Positions 45,376 through 61,719 of a stretch of DNA of 64,000 nucleotides are shown here, piece after piece; position 1 is the stretch's first letter, and every line of letters begins with the position of its first letter. Position numbers and translations under genes: made by a program. The notes below the pieces were generated by a model. It made no database searches, was not told the DNA's origin, and was given only the letters and a program-made list of their open reading frames with translations. The DNA comes from the human T2T-CHM13v2.0 reference genome, Homo sapiens, in assembly GCF_009914755.1 (NCBI RefSeq), contig NC_060936.1; one strand, 5' to 3'.

Positions 45376-45887
45376 TATTGGTTATTTATTGCTGTGTAAA
45401 AAATTACTGCAAACTTACTGGCTTATATCGACACATATGTATTATCTCATAGCTCTGCAGGTCAGGGGTCTGAGCATGGCTTAGCTGGGCCAGGGTCTCC
45501 CACAAGTCTGCAATCAAGGTGCCAGTGGGTGCTGAGATCTCATCTGGAGGCTCAACTGGGGAAAGATCTTCCAAGCTCACATGGTTGTTGGCAGGATCCG
45601 ATTCCTCGTGGGCTGTTGGACTAAGGTTCCTCAGGGGTGCTGCCCTCTGTTCCTTGCCATGTGGGCCTCTCCATAGGACATCATACATCATCAAAGCCCA
45701 TGAGAGAGACACTCAGCTAGGAGGACAGAAGTTACAATCATGGAAATGATATCCCATCACTTTTGTTGTATTCTATTGGTTTGAAGTGAGTCCCAGGTCT
45801 TGCTCCCACTCGAGGGGGAGTTGTTGGGGGAACATTACACAAGGGTGTGGATAGTAGGAGGTAGGAGCACTGGAGGATGTCTTAGAG
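45376..45887 (-). mobile_element. MLT1 LTR
   Basis: ttattgctgtgtaaaaaattac...catggcttagctggg...gcaatcaaggtg. Confidence 0.8.
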
Positions 45888-46114
45888 CAGGGCTGTCCAA
45901 TCTTTTGGCTTCCCTGGGCCACACTGGAAGAAGAAGAATTATCTTGGACCACACATAAAATACATGAATACTAGCGATAGCCAATGAGCTAAAAAAAAAA
46001 AAATTGCAAAAAAATCTCATAATGTTTTAAGAAACTTTACAAATTTGTGTTGGGCTGCCTTCAAAGCCATCCTGGGCCACATGTGGCCTATGAGCCATGG
46101 GTTGGACAAGCTTG
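45888..46114 (+). mobile_element. MER30 hAT-Charlie MITE
   Basis: cagggctgtccaatc...ttggacaagcttg TIRs; perfect 8-bp TSD tcttagag at 45880-45887 and 46115-46122. Confidence 0.9.
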
Positions 46115-46136
46115 TCTTAGAGTCTGGCTACCATAG

Positions 46137-46495
<359 letters not shown>

Positions 46496-47257
46496 TTGGA
46501 CAGGTCTTATTCCCATTTTACAGATATGGAAAAGAGGAAAGTCATGGGTGTCACAATGATGTTGTGATTCAGTCAACAATGACCAAGGAAGACAGTGTTG
46601 TCACTGTGGTACCTGTGGTATTGGACAGAGTCCACATTGCTGTGGCCACTCCAATGTGCTGTGACTTTCAGCTTAATCCAACTTGGGGTGTTATATGACT
46701 GAGTTCCTACAGAATACCATAGGCTCCAGAAGATAAAAAGCTTGAAGGATGCAGCTAGTTTAAGCATGGCCGAAACTGGGAGTTCAGGTCCCCTTTGAGA
46801 GGAGCTTGTCTCTGTCTACTCCACGGGATGCCTGGTAGAGTTGGGACATCTAAGATGTTATCACCACTCACACGGCACCTCAGCAAGGATGGTTCTCGTG
46901 GCAGGGTTGGCTGCAACTCTTTGACTGGGGTCACATGTCTGGGGACTCAGTTCTTGCCCTTGGCTAAATTTCTTGGTCTTCCTCTATGACATCTCAGGTT
47001 CTCTTTCTCCCCACATAACCTGTCCATATAGTCTTTCTAGCAATGTGGCCAGACTTCTTACAAAACAGCTCCAAGAGGGAACATTGCAAATGGCAAAGAA
47101 GGAAGCTGGAGATCTCTGAAGGCCAACCTTGGAAGTCACACAGCATCACTTCTAGCACATTTTGTTGGTTAAAGTGAGTCATGGGGCCAACTCAGATTCT
47201 ATGTAGGAGGGAACTAGACAAATGCGTGGCTACCAGGACACCTGGCTCACGGGGGAC

Positions 47258-47734
47258 TGTGTAAGAAGAGTTAATGTAGCAGGTCTGATTATAGGGCCGG
47301 TCCGTGGCTGGTATCTGGGAACTTGGCTGTTGAAATGTTCCCTATGCTATAAGGTTGTTTTGCCAAGCTGCAGGCACCAACACCAGCTTTCTTTCTGAGA
47401 ATCTGGAATTTTGAGTCTTGTGGCTGTCTATGTGATGAGCCCCCAGTAAAAACATGAGCTTTTAGTCTCAGATGGACTTCTCTGGGCAGAAACATTGCAC
47501 GTGTGTTGCCTCATCTTGCTACTAGGTAAAGGAGCTCTTTCAACGTCCATTCCTGGGGAGGGAGGGAAAGAGCATCTGAAGCCTGAGTGTGGAGCCCTCA
47601 CTCAGATGTTACCTGATGTGTCTTTCTCTCTTGCTGATCCTGCCACTGTAATAAATTACAGATGTGAATATAAAACCTCCATGAGTCCTAGCAAGTCACT
47701 GAATGTGTGGATGATCTCAGAGACCCTTGAAACA
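47258..47734 (+). mobile_element. ERVL solo LTR (MER68-like) nested in an MLT1 LTR (~46850-47764)
   Basis: tgtgtaagaagagttaatgtagcagg...aataaa...gaaaca; flanks gggac/gtgac. Confidence 0.7.
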
Positions 47735-48440
47735 GTGACCATCTCTCAGAAACAAGCTACCACAAATGGGTGCTCCTAAGGCCCATAATGGGAATCAGGA
47801 TTCCCTTTGGAGGCCAGATGCCAATACCAGGTACTGCCTTACGTCTCTGACCTATCCCACCCTGCTTCCTGGAAAATGAGAGTCTAAGAAGTTTGATTAA
47901 AAGGAAGAATATGAGTACTTCTGGATACTCCCCCATAGGGGGCATTCTGGCTACACGTGGTTGAGGGCAGCATCTTTATGAAGGTGATACCAAAACTTGA
48001 GTTGCCTCTAACCCCTGCAATCTAATCACAGCGCAGTTGGTCATGGTAGTATTATTGACATGAGCAAAAAATAGAAAACAGCCTAATGTCCAACAGTAGA
48101 AGGCTGGTTAAGTAAATCACGGCACATCCATCAGATCTAGTCACTGAAGTGAGGTTTTTGGAGAGTTAATGGCAGGGATGTGCTTATGATATACTATTAA
48201 GTTAAAAAAAGATTAAATAATTGCTTAAGTGTGATATTATCACCATGGATCTCGCTTGATGTTGTTCTAATTAATTAATTAATTAATTATAATTGCCTCT
48301 TTCCTACTAGGCTGTGAGCTCTTTCAGGTGGAGATTTTGATTTGCATTTTGTGTTAATGGCAAACATTTTATTGGGCACTCACTATGTGGGTTGCAGGTA
48401 CTCTGTTAAGTATTTTACATGGTTTAATCCTCATAACAGC

Positions 48441-48925
48441 TGTGGTAGAGTGACTGCATCAATGGCCCCATTCCCTGTATCCCCCTACTTTGCAATGTGA
48501 CTTTGTAATTCCTCCCCTCAAGGGTTGGAGTTGGTTTCTCTTCCCCTGGAGGCTGAGCTGGCCTTGTGACTTGTTTTGACCAATAGAATGAGGCAGAAAT
48601 GATGACATGCTAGTTCTGAGCCCGGACCTCACAAGAGACCATCTGCACTTCTGCTCTCTCTTGGGGCCCTGTCTCCGAAATGAGGACAAGCCTGGGCTGG
48701 CCTCCTGGAAAATGAGAGACCACGTGGAGCAGAACAGTCATTCCAGCTGAGTCAGCCCCCAACCAAGCCACCAGCTGATTTTAGAACTGCTCAACTGACA
48801 GTAGACTTAAGGACCATGATAAATAGTGATTGCTGTAAGCAATTGAGTTTTTTTTTTTTTTGCGGGGGGTGGGGGGCAGGGAGGGGATGTTGGGGTTTGT
48901 TACACAGCAATAGCTAACTGATACA
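48441..48925 (+). mobile_element. MLT1 LTR nested in MIR
   Basis: ggccttgtgacttgttttgaccaatagaatg...tttgttacacagcaatagctaactgataca. Confidence 0.8.
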
Positions 48926-50304
48926 ATAGCCCTAAGGAGGTAGGTTCTACTATCCACATACCAATCTTATGAATGAGGAAGGTTTCAGAGGCATTAAATA
49001 ATTTGCCCAAGGTCATGAAGTTAATTAATGCTGGAGGGAGGATTTAAGCTCATGCAGGCCAACTCCAAAGTCCTAGCTCTTACCTTCTACACATACTGCA
49101 TCTGTATTTCCATGACAGCACAGGACTTGGCATGTAGTAGGTGCTCAGTTATTGTTACTTGAATGAATATTTTACTATTCATTCTAAATTTTAAGCAGAT
49201 CTTTACCAAAGCATTAACAATGGAAAGCGCTGAGCGGAGGAATCATGGATTTTAAAAAAAATCACTTATTTATATATTTGCTTTAAAAGGAAAACCCACA
49301 AAAGTATTATTTACAAAAAAACAATACACAGAGATCAGAAGAGTGGAGGACACGGCTGGTCTTGGGAAGGTCCAGAACTGATCATTTCTTCTACAATGTT
49401 GTCAAAGCCAGGTGGCAAGTCTTACCGTTCTAAAGTCTTCCCAGTGCTCTGTTGGTCTCACGCAAAGGCCAGATTCCCACCCCAGCCTCTCACATTCTCT
49501 GTTTGAGGGAGCAGAAGCCAGCACTCTATTTCCTCACAGATCCAAGAGCATCCTGAGAAATCCAAACACCAGGGCATTTTCCTATTAGTTTTTGTTGCTC
49601 TATTTTTTCAAATAAGGGAATAACAAATGTCATATAAATTACACAATTTAGTACAAAATGTAGTTTAGCCCCAAAACAACAGCTGACAAAAAGAAAAAGA
49701 AACTCAGCAGTCTACTGAAGAAGAACTTCATTTAGCAGATAATTTAGAATCACTAAGAATTAGTTGTCTTAAAATCAAGAAATGCTAACAGTATTTCAAT
49801 GATCTTATTGCTGTTACTAACTGGGGAAGTCTTTGCATAATTAGCAATGTGGCTCTTTGCAAGAGCAACATGTCCCTTTCATGTGGAAAGATGGGATTGA
49901 ATTATCTGTGGTGTCTTGTGCATGTTTATGTAGGCTTTTATAAGTGTCACCACTGATACATTCCTGGACCTGAGCCAGATCATGTAATGTTTGGCAGGCA
50001 TTTGGTGTGGGCAGGAAGGAAGAAGTTCGGTGAATGGCTGGAATTATTTCTGCAATTCTTGGTATTGGCAAGGGAGGTCTGAGTCCTTAGTTTCCCAACT
50101 GAGACTCATGTCTGGACAATGGACTCATGTCTGAATCATGGTCTGGGTAGGAGTTGAAGTTCTAGGAGCAGAGGAAGGTTAATGGCTTTATTGGGTCCAG
50201 AACTGATTATTCAGCAGTAGTGTGAGGTGCAGGCATCAATTTAGGAGATAGTCTAAATTCTTCTTCTTGTATGCAGCCTTTGGGAAAGGACTTACTGGAT
50301 TGTT

Positions 50305-50720
50305 TTAGTCAGTAGAGGCTAGGTCATGCTGTGTAACAAACAGTCCAAAAAAAATCTCATGGTTTAAAACAAAGAGGGTTAATTTCTTGCTCATCTCACT
50401 TGTCCAGTGCAAATCAGTAGGTGCACCACTACTCACTGAAGTTACTCAGGAACCCAGCTAGAGGAGCAGTCACTATTTTTAGGACACTGCTATCTCAACA
50501 TATGTTTCCATAATCCATGCAGCAGAGAAAAAGTGTGCTGGAGAATCAAGTACAAGCAATTAAATGTTTGACCAAGAAGCAACACAATTACTCTTGTTCA
50601 AATTTAATTTGGCCAGTCACATCACCACATCTAATTTCAAGGGAAAGAAGACTTGTAACCCACTTGTACCTGGAAGTAGAGACCTAGCTATTGATGAACA
50701 TTAATGATGTCTACTTCATG
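50305..50720 (-). mobile_element. Old MLT1 LTR
   Basis: atgctgtgtaacaaacag...ggtttaaaac MLT1 end. Confidence 0.6.
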
Positions 50721-51145
50721 CAATAAGAGATTTTTGGGGTCTGAGAAATTGGGTGACCAGGAGTGGCTACCTCTAGATATGAACCTTATTAGTTATTAGC
50801 AGCAGCATTTCCACCACTTATTATTTTTGTACCTCTTTATATTCTACAAAGGGTATCCACAGCTTACTTGATCCCTTCAGTAACAGTAACTGACATATAT
50901 TTTTAAACCGGTAACAAGGTAGCTACCAGGCACTTTCCATATGTTGTCTCACCTAATTCTATGAGCACTGTATTACTATAAATCCCCGTTTTACAGACAG
51001 AGCAACTGAGGCTCAGAGAGGTTAAGTGACTAGCCCAGCGTTACACAGCAGTAAGCAGCCATGCTTCCAATTCTAGCTGTGCTTTTCTCTTACGGAAGGA
51101 AAAAAAAGGGTTGACAAGTCCGAGATGGTTGATTATGTGAAACTA

Positions 51146-51250
51146 GTCACTTAAGTTAGCCAGAAAACCTCCTCTTTGAATGACTAAGTAGACTCAGTGA
51201 TCGTTTTAGGCAAAATCTATGATTTCCAAATTATCTATTTTCTCCCCTTC
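51146..51250 (+). repeat. Local direct repeat, copy 1
   Basis: About 86% identical (72/84) to 55077-55159 by manual alignment. Confidence 0.85.
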
Positions 51251-51611
51251 CACCAGATGTATCTTGATCTGTCTTGAAGGCAGGCATCAATGAACAGAGC
51301 AGGGGTGGGTTGGTTTGCGGGGTGCAGTGTGGAGGGGAGGGGAAAGAGGCTTTGCGATGGTGCTGAGCAGTGGCAGTCTCAGGGGCGCAATCAGCAAGTG
51401 TCCAGAGGTGGGAGGGGGCTTCTTAGCAAGCTTAGTGTGATCAGAGGTGATGCCCCATCTGTCTCATTGGAGCCTCAGGCCATCTGTTTTCCTGCTGTCT
51501 CCAGGAGCTGCTGACCTGACCCCTTTCACCAGCATTTAAAGGAAGAAGTTTTGAAACATGCTTGTGCCAATGAGCCCCCCAAAACCGTGAATCAGAAGGA
51601 AACGTTTTAGA

Positions 51612-51808
51612 GCAGCATTGTTTGATAGAACTTTCTGCAACTGTGGAAATGTGCTTCTGCACTGTCCCAATACGGAAGGCAGTTGCTACATGTCTTGAAA
51701 TGTGGTTAGTGGGAATGAAGAACTGGGTTTGTCATATTATTAAATTTACATTAACTTAAACATAAATAGGCACATGTGGCTGTGGCTACCTTATTAGATA
51801 GTGTAAGT
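51612..51808. mobile_element. MER3-like hAT-Charlie MITE
   Basis: gatagaactttctgcaa...cacatgtggctgtggctacc. Confidence 0.75.
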
Positions 51809-51861
51809 TTAGGAAGCACTTCCTAAAGAAGACACACCTTTACGTAATTCACAGACAACAA

Positions 51862-52173
<312 letters not shown>

Positions 52174-53437
52174 GACAACAGTTTTAAATAACCTACAATT
52201 ACATGATGAGAAGTTATTCTTTCTGTTGTCTTCCTCCAACTTTGGGATTCCAGCCAGGAGGAAGTCTTCTTTGCTGCTGATAGGTTTTTAACACTTTTCT
52301 AACAATTGCTCACCTCCCTTTTCAACAAAGAGGGCAAAAGCAGGCCTGGGGCCTTCCACAGATAAATGCATTTGGCTTACATTTAATAGCATCGTTTTGT
52401 TATTTTTACTTGTATTTATTTGTATGGTTACCACCAATTTGTGGCAAGAGAAACAGATTTTCCATTTATGGTAGTGATACAGAGTTTCATTTTAAAATAA
52501 AAATTTAAAAGTAGAAAAAATGAATTCACTTAAATAAAAATATTGAATTGGTGGGACAGTGAACATATGGAATATAGATATGAAATGGATTGTGATGGTG
52601 GTATACTAACGGCCAGGTTTCTTCCTAAGCCAGTGTTATTTTTTAAAAATAAAGTTTATATTTTGGAATAACTTTAGATTTACAGAAAAGTTGGAAAGCT
52701 AGTACAGAGGCTTCTCATATATCCTTGGTCCAGATCTCTGCTAAAGTGACCATCTTACATAAGCCTGGCATATTTGTTGAAACTGAGAAATTAACACTGA
52801 TGCAACACCATGAACTAAACTCTAGACTTTATTTGGATTTCACTGGTATTTCCACTCATGCCCTTTTTCTGTACCAGCATCCATTCCAGGGTACCACAAT
52901 GCATGATCTAAGCCAATCTCTTCCCACCTTTCATCTGTCAGGATGCCAGGCTTGTCTGGAAGAAGATGCTGGAACCAGCCCAGAAACTTCCCAGAATAGT
53001 CCTGCAGCCCCAATCTGAACATTCTCACAGTGGATTTCATGGCACAACACAGATTCATGACCCTGAATCCTGCAAATGAAAACACTTGCCTTTGTTTTTC
53101 ACCCCTAGGTTGCAACGTGGCATGCTATCTACCATTTTGACTTGGGGTCGTTAGCTTGGTTTACTCTTCTTTTTTTTTTTCTTTGGGAGCCATTGATTTC
53201 ATGGGTCCCAAGAATAAAACTTCATAATTATCCTTCTTGTATTTCACTTCAGTAGATTCAGCTGAAAGACTTGCAGGAGAAACCTAGGAGCCTTTTGGTT
53301 TCAGTGAGGGGGAGAGTTCTGTGGGGAGTGGTGAGGAAGCTTTTCAGGGAGGAATTAGAAGACAGAAGCTAAGAGAGTTTTCCCTGGAAGTGAGGGAGAG
53401 TCTTATGATGTATTATAAGTATTCCATATTACTTATT

Positions 53438-53511
53438 ATATTATACAGTATTCCATCCCCACCTGATGGTCATCATATTATACAGTATTCCATCCCCACC
53501 TGATGACCATC
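53438..53511. repeat. 37-bp tandem duplication
   Basis: Two copies, 35/37 identical. Confidence 0.9.
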
Positions 53512-53804
53512 ATAAAATCTCTGCTTGCATACCACCAGCAACGGGGAGGTCACTCCCTCCCAAGGCAACTCTTCTCATCTTTGAACAGCTCTGAATTGGA
53601 CTCACAGATTTTCCCCATTTCTCCGTGTCATTCACTTGTTGGTTCTCTTCCATGTGACAGCCTTTTCTCTCTTTCAAGGCCAATACACATTCTCCAAGAG
53701 AATTTCATTTCTAAGTAAGGCTGCTCTTCCCAAAACAATTTCAAATTTATAATCCAGGATAAAACAGGATATTTTGAGTGTGGGGCTGACCAGTTCAGAG
53801 TAGA

Positions 53805-54040
53805 GCAGTAGTTTTAAATTGAGGGAGATTTTACCCCCAGGCAACATTTGGCACTATCTGGAGACATTCATTTTTGATTATCACTGTGTGTGTGTGTGTG
53901 TGCACGCGTGCGTGCACAACTGGCATCGGTGGGTAGAGGCCAGGGACGCTCCTCCACATCCTATAACGGTCAGATGCCCCCTACAACAAAGAATGATTGT
54001 GCTTGAAATGGCAATAGTGCCAAGGTTGGGAATCCTGGAG
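53805..54040 (+). mobile_element. MER20 with internal (TG)n
   Basis: ccccaggcaacatttggcactatctggagacatt...gggtagaggccagggac. Confidence 0.8.
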
Positions 54041-54065
54041 TAGAGAATTCCAGTCTCTTTCTCTC

Positions 54066-54431
<366 letters not shown>

Positions 54432-55076
54432 TGATTTGGAGTAAGTATACTCCAAAAATCTTTTGGTCTTTGTCTGCCATAGGCTAGGACTATGAAACAT
54501 CTTCTCCACCCCGAACCTGAGTAAGTCTAAGGGAGCAGAGAGTCTTGCTCAAGGTCTGAAATAGTCTCCAAATGTGTCTGTGCACTCTGCTCCATCTCTA
54601 CTGTCAACCCCCAACACGAGCCACCATCTCTGCCCTGAGTTACTAGAACATTGCCCACGCGAATGACTACATAGCACTTAATAATAACACGTGCCCATAT
54701 GCCCTAGTTGTTTACATATATGGACTATTTTAAGCTTCATGATGGCCCTAGGAGACGGGTATGATTGTCATTTTGTCCATCTTTTAGATGAGGAAACTGA
54801 GTCCCCAGGTGGCCAGGTAACTTGCCTGAGGTCATGCTAATGGGAGTTGGAGAAGTGGGGTCTTCCATGCCAGGCCATCTGGCCCCCCAAGTCTGTGCTC
54901 CTGACGCCCCGCCAAGCACGTGGCCTCTTCTTTCCTCTGCAGTGGGAACTGAGATGAGGAGCTTTGTCCAACTGGAAGTGCAGAAGTCACCACTGGAGGG
55001 TTTTATGCAGGGGAGTGACGTAAACAGGATCCCATTTGCATTTTTACAAGGTCACACAGGTGCTGGTAGAGAATGG

Positions 55077-55180
55077 GTTACTTAAGTTAGCTGGAAAATC
55101 TCCGATTTGAATGATCAATAGACTCAGTGATTGCTTTGGGCAAAATCTATGATTTCCAAGTTCTCTTTATTTTCCCACTT
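55077..55180 (+). repeat. Local direct repeat, copy 2
   Basis: Shares 21-nt exact ggcaaaatctatgatttccaa with 51209-51229. Confidence 0.85.
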
Positions 55181-55701
55181 GGCTGTGCAGCCTGACCTCC
55201 TGAGGCCTCCCCTTGGCACCCACACTCTATCATACTTCTCACACACATCCGGCACCCCTTCTCCTTCAGGTCTTTGCTCTGGCTGGCACCTCCTCCTGGA
55301 AAGCCTTAGGGTTCCAGCTCAGGGACACCTCCTCAGGGATGCCCACCCTGATTACGCCTTCTCCACAGGCAGACCTCCATCCCCAGTACTCACCCCTCGT
55401 TAGCCTCAGCCACACACCCTGTTTATGTCCGTTATCGCGATGTCACAGTCTGCCACCATTTTTATTGATTGACTTCCCTGCTATGGTTTGTCTCCCTGAC
55501 TCTGTGAGCTCCGAGACGAAAGGGAGGGAGCTTACTCACCGCCGTATCTAATCTCAAGCACCCAGAACAATGCTCTGGGGCATGCAGTAAAAATAATAAT
55601 AATAATAAATAATAGAGTAGCCATTGCTATTTCTCGTTCCCATTTTATAGAATAGAAAGTCAAGATTTAGAGAGGTTGAGTAACTACCCTAATCACACAT
55701 A

Positions 55702-55703
<2 letters not shown>

Positions 55704-55756
<53 letters not shown>

Positions 55757-55763
55757 TGTGTGT
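55704..55763. repeat. (TG)n microsatellite in MIR
   Basis: Visible run. Confidence 0.92.
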
Positions 55764-56019
55764 CTCACAGGGGACAGGGCGTCAACCCAGGCAGTCTGAA
55801 ACGGGCATCCAAACTCCACCCTCACACCATCTCACCTCGCCCTGGACCTCCTGGCTGCACCTCATCTCCGTAATGCATCAGAAAAGCCCTGGGTAGGGAG
55901 AGACCAGGGGCAGAGCAGAAAGAGAGAAAGGAACAAGAGAGAGTTAAGGAAGGACCTGAGAAAAAGAGGCTGAGTTGGGAGCGTGGAGAGGAGATTGTGG
56001 GAGGGGATATGTAGGGGAG

Positions 56020-56680
56020 AGATTTTTCCCATCAATTAACACAGGCTTCATAGAAACAGAAAGTATTCCTGGCAGTCTTGCCCTCTTAATACATCATATC
56101 TCTAATCCCCGGAGCCCTCTGACCTTACCCATAATCCCTCCTCTTTTGTTCTGCTGCCTAAACCCTTCCTACCCTGAACCGAGTATTACATCCCTGGTGA
56201 GGTCTGAGCAGAAGAAAGAAGGTGGCAGGGAGCAGGCCTGGGGGTTGGGGGAAGTGGAAGAATATACATCCTCCTAAGTGTTTGACCAACAAAATCGAGC
56301 TAAATTCCCCAGCCCGAGCAGTAAACTGTTCCTCTGAAAGGCCCGGGAGCCTCACCCTGTCTCTTTGGAGCCTCCCTGGCCCCCCTCCCCTTCCCTCCTG
56401 GCTCCCCTGCCGTAGCTGAGACACAAAGCTGGGCCCTGGATTATCTTAATTTCCATATGGAGAGCTGTGTAAGCCAGTTCAATGCATGGCCAGTCATTTT
56501 GTTCACAACTTTGCAGCAAGCAGGAGCAAAAGCCGCTGGGAAATTAGCCATTCATCCTATCTCACCTTGTGTGTGCATGCATAGATCAGTAAATACAGAG
56601 GCACGGGGAAACCGAGTCTTCTTTGTTAATTACCACATTGGGCCCTGCCGCTTCCCTGAAATTCACTGCAACTCTTGGTT
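56020..56680. promoter_or_regulatory. Candidate developmental enhancer
   Basis: TAATCC, GGATTA, CCATATGG, GTAAATA, CTTTGTTAATTA in repeat-free DNA. Confidence 0.45.
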
Positions 56681-56882
56681 TTTGAGGAAAACACACACAC
56701 ACACGTACACACAGATGCACAAACACAAACACACACTTATGTACATGTATATATTTTACATTCACTTTTAAGCAGCACTGGGGCAATGAGGCTTACGTAT
56801 TTGTGTTTCTTGGAATTGGGCAGCCAAGGGGGGCTATCGGGACTCTCCCTATCCGTCTCCCTTGCACACACAGACACAGTAC

Positions 56883-57168
56883 ACCTCACCTCTATATACA
56901 CACAGGGCCTACCTCACCCCTATACACACACAGGGCCTACCTCACCCCTATACACACACAGGGCCTACCTCAACCCCTATACACACAAAGGGCCTACCTC
57001 ACCCCTATACACACACAGGGCCTACCTCACCCCCTATACACACACAGGGCCTACCTCACCCCTATACACACACAGGGCCTACCTCAACCCCTATACATAA
57101 ACAGGACTTGCCCCATCCCTATACACACACAGGGTCCACCCATCCCTATACACAGGGTCCACCCCATC
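56883..57168. repeat. 28/29-bp minisatellite (acctcacccctatacacacacagggcct)
   Basis: Seven near-perfect copies plus about three degenerate copies. Confidence 0.92.
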
Positions 57169-57169
57169 C

Positions 57170-57500
57170 TACTCTCTTACACACTCATAAAGTCTACCCT
57201 GTCCTACTACACACACACACACACACCATCTCCTTCCTATCTATATACAACTACACACGTACCGTCTCCACTCTATCCATACACACACACCACCCATCTC
57301 CATCCTATCTATATACGACTACACATGCCATCTCCTCCATCGTATCCACACACACACACACATCTCCATCCTATCCACACACACACACCATCTCCATCCT
57401 AGCTACACACACACTCCATCTCCATCCTATTCACACACACACACACCATTTCCATGCTACACACACACACACACACACACGCAGTACATGCCATCCTCCC
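57170..57500. repeat. Degenerate (catctccatcctat-cacacac)n repeat
   Basis: Recurrent catctccatcc followed by CA runs. Confidence 0.8.
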
Positions 57501-59029
57501 TCACACTCCCACAGTCTGCCCCTCCCTTCACTCCATCCCCAGTCAAATTCTGAGTAATACCATCTGACAGCATCTCTGGGCCTCTCTCCCCTGACCTTGA
57601 TGGGGTCTACATCTTCCCTGCGACCCCCAACCTCTCCCCATCCTGGCATTCCCCCCAGGTCTGGGTGGGCTTCTCCATCAGCCGGCCCCTCTGCCTTCAG
57701 GATGTCCTCAAAGCCTCCCTGCTGTCTCCAAGGTTCTCTGCACCTCCACCAGCCCCTTCCACCTCCTAAGACTTTAGAGCTCCCCTCGACCCCCCAGGAT
57801 CACCCTCAAGCAAAGCTCTGATCTCCCAGTGAGCCTGGCCTGGGGTGGTTTTGTGTGCCCCCAGCCGGCCTTCTCGGGGATCTCTGTGCAGGGTTGCATG
57901 TCGCCCCCTCCGACACCAAACTCAGGACTGGGGAGGGGTGGGTGCCCAGGCAAGAGGAGAGAAGAGAGAGCAACGGGGTCTTTAGGAGGATCGGGAGAGA
58001 AAAGGGAAGATGGCTAAAGAAATAAATAGCCCAGACAAAACACCCCTGGAAAAAGCTTCCAGGAAGTTCAGAGAGGCCCAGATGGGGAGGGAGAGGGAAG
58101 CCGGAACAAGAGGGTGTGGGAGAGCTCAGGATGGCCTCCTAGGTGTTTGGGGTTGGCCTGTCACTGTCACCGCAGATGAAACCCTGCATAATTGTCCTCC
58201 ATCTATTTCCTCACAGTCAACGCAGTTCAGGGAGCTCTCGGGGAGCACTTGGGGAGCACTCCAGGAGCCTGGAGGCAGAGGCTGCAGTGCAGTTCCTAGC
58301 TCTGCCTCTTCTCAAGGTAAACCCCTGCACCTGTCTGAGCACCACTCGCCCGATCTGAGAAATGGGTCAAGGCTGGGACCCACCTGAAGGAGTTACCATC
58401 AGGATCTAGTGGGTGATGAACCAGGGCAAGTGGCAGGTGCAGTGGGCACACTCCATGGGTAGGGGAAGCCGGGGTGGTGGTTGCTGCTGTCACCTCGGAA
58501 TCTGGTATAGAGTGAGTGTTCAATGAACAGTGACAACCAAAGTCTTTCCCATGACAATACCTCACATCCAGCGGGTGCTTCAAGATCGCCAGCCGCAATT
58601 GCTATTGTGGCTGTGAGTGTCATAGTTACTATTGTCATACTTCTAGTACTAGTACCACTTCTGCTATGTCACAAAGTCTGGAATCCAATAGGTACTTAAT
58701 AAATGGTAGCTAACACCATACCACAAATCAAGAAACCCAGGGAAATGGCCCCTGCACAGAATGTCATAATATAGGGAGAAATGACTCAGAATAGGAGGCC
58801 AATTTGACTGGAAAAGCTTCCTGGGGCAAGCACTTCCCACTTGGGCCCTGGAGGGTGAGTAGGAGCTGGTCAGCAAAGTGAGGCAGGAAGCCTCGCTGAT
58901 GTGTGCAGCTGAGAGGGTGGGACAGGGTGAGGCCACCTGAAGGTTTGGGGAGCTTCCTCCTTGTCTGGGGAGAGAAGACTCTGCCCAGACCCCTGGGGAA
59001 GCTTATAAGGCAGAGAGAGGCTCTGTTTT

Positions 59030-61331
<2,302 letters not shown>

Positions 61332-61719
61332 CTAGAACAGAGTTCTGCAAATATTGGATTACCAGCCTGCGTCCTAAACGTGCAAAGCACTTCACTCCCA
61401 TGCAAAAGCAGGTTCTGGGGAAGAGCATTGCACGGTGTTTTAAGACCACAGGCTTTAGGGCAGAAAAACCTTTGCTCGAGTCCCAGTTCTGCCTGCACAA
61501 TGCTGTGTGACCTTGGGCAAGTGACCTCCCCTCTCTGAACCTCAGCTTTGCATCTGTACAATGGCGTAAAATAAGCCTCCCTCCCTGATAGGGTTGGGGC
61601 ATAGATTAAATGAGTTGTGAACCAGGGGACCCTAAGCACACGGAAAGAGCCAGAATGAGCCCGGGCTGCATTCTGGGATCCCCCATCCCTGGTCTCTGTC
61701 CTGCACACGGAGGGGCAGA

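Noticed and set aside
48268-48289. (TAAT)5 as a homeodomain array
   Set aside because: Simple microsatellite between L1 and L2 remnants
56675-57557. His/Thr/Pro repeat ORFs; CRISPR-like periodicity
   Set aside because: Translations of a minisatellite; no unique spacers and no cas genes in primate DNA
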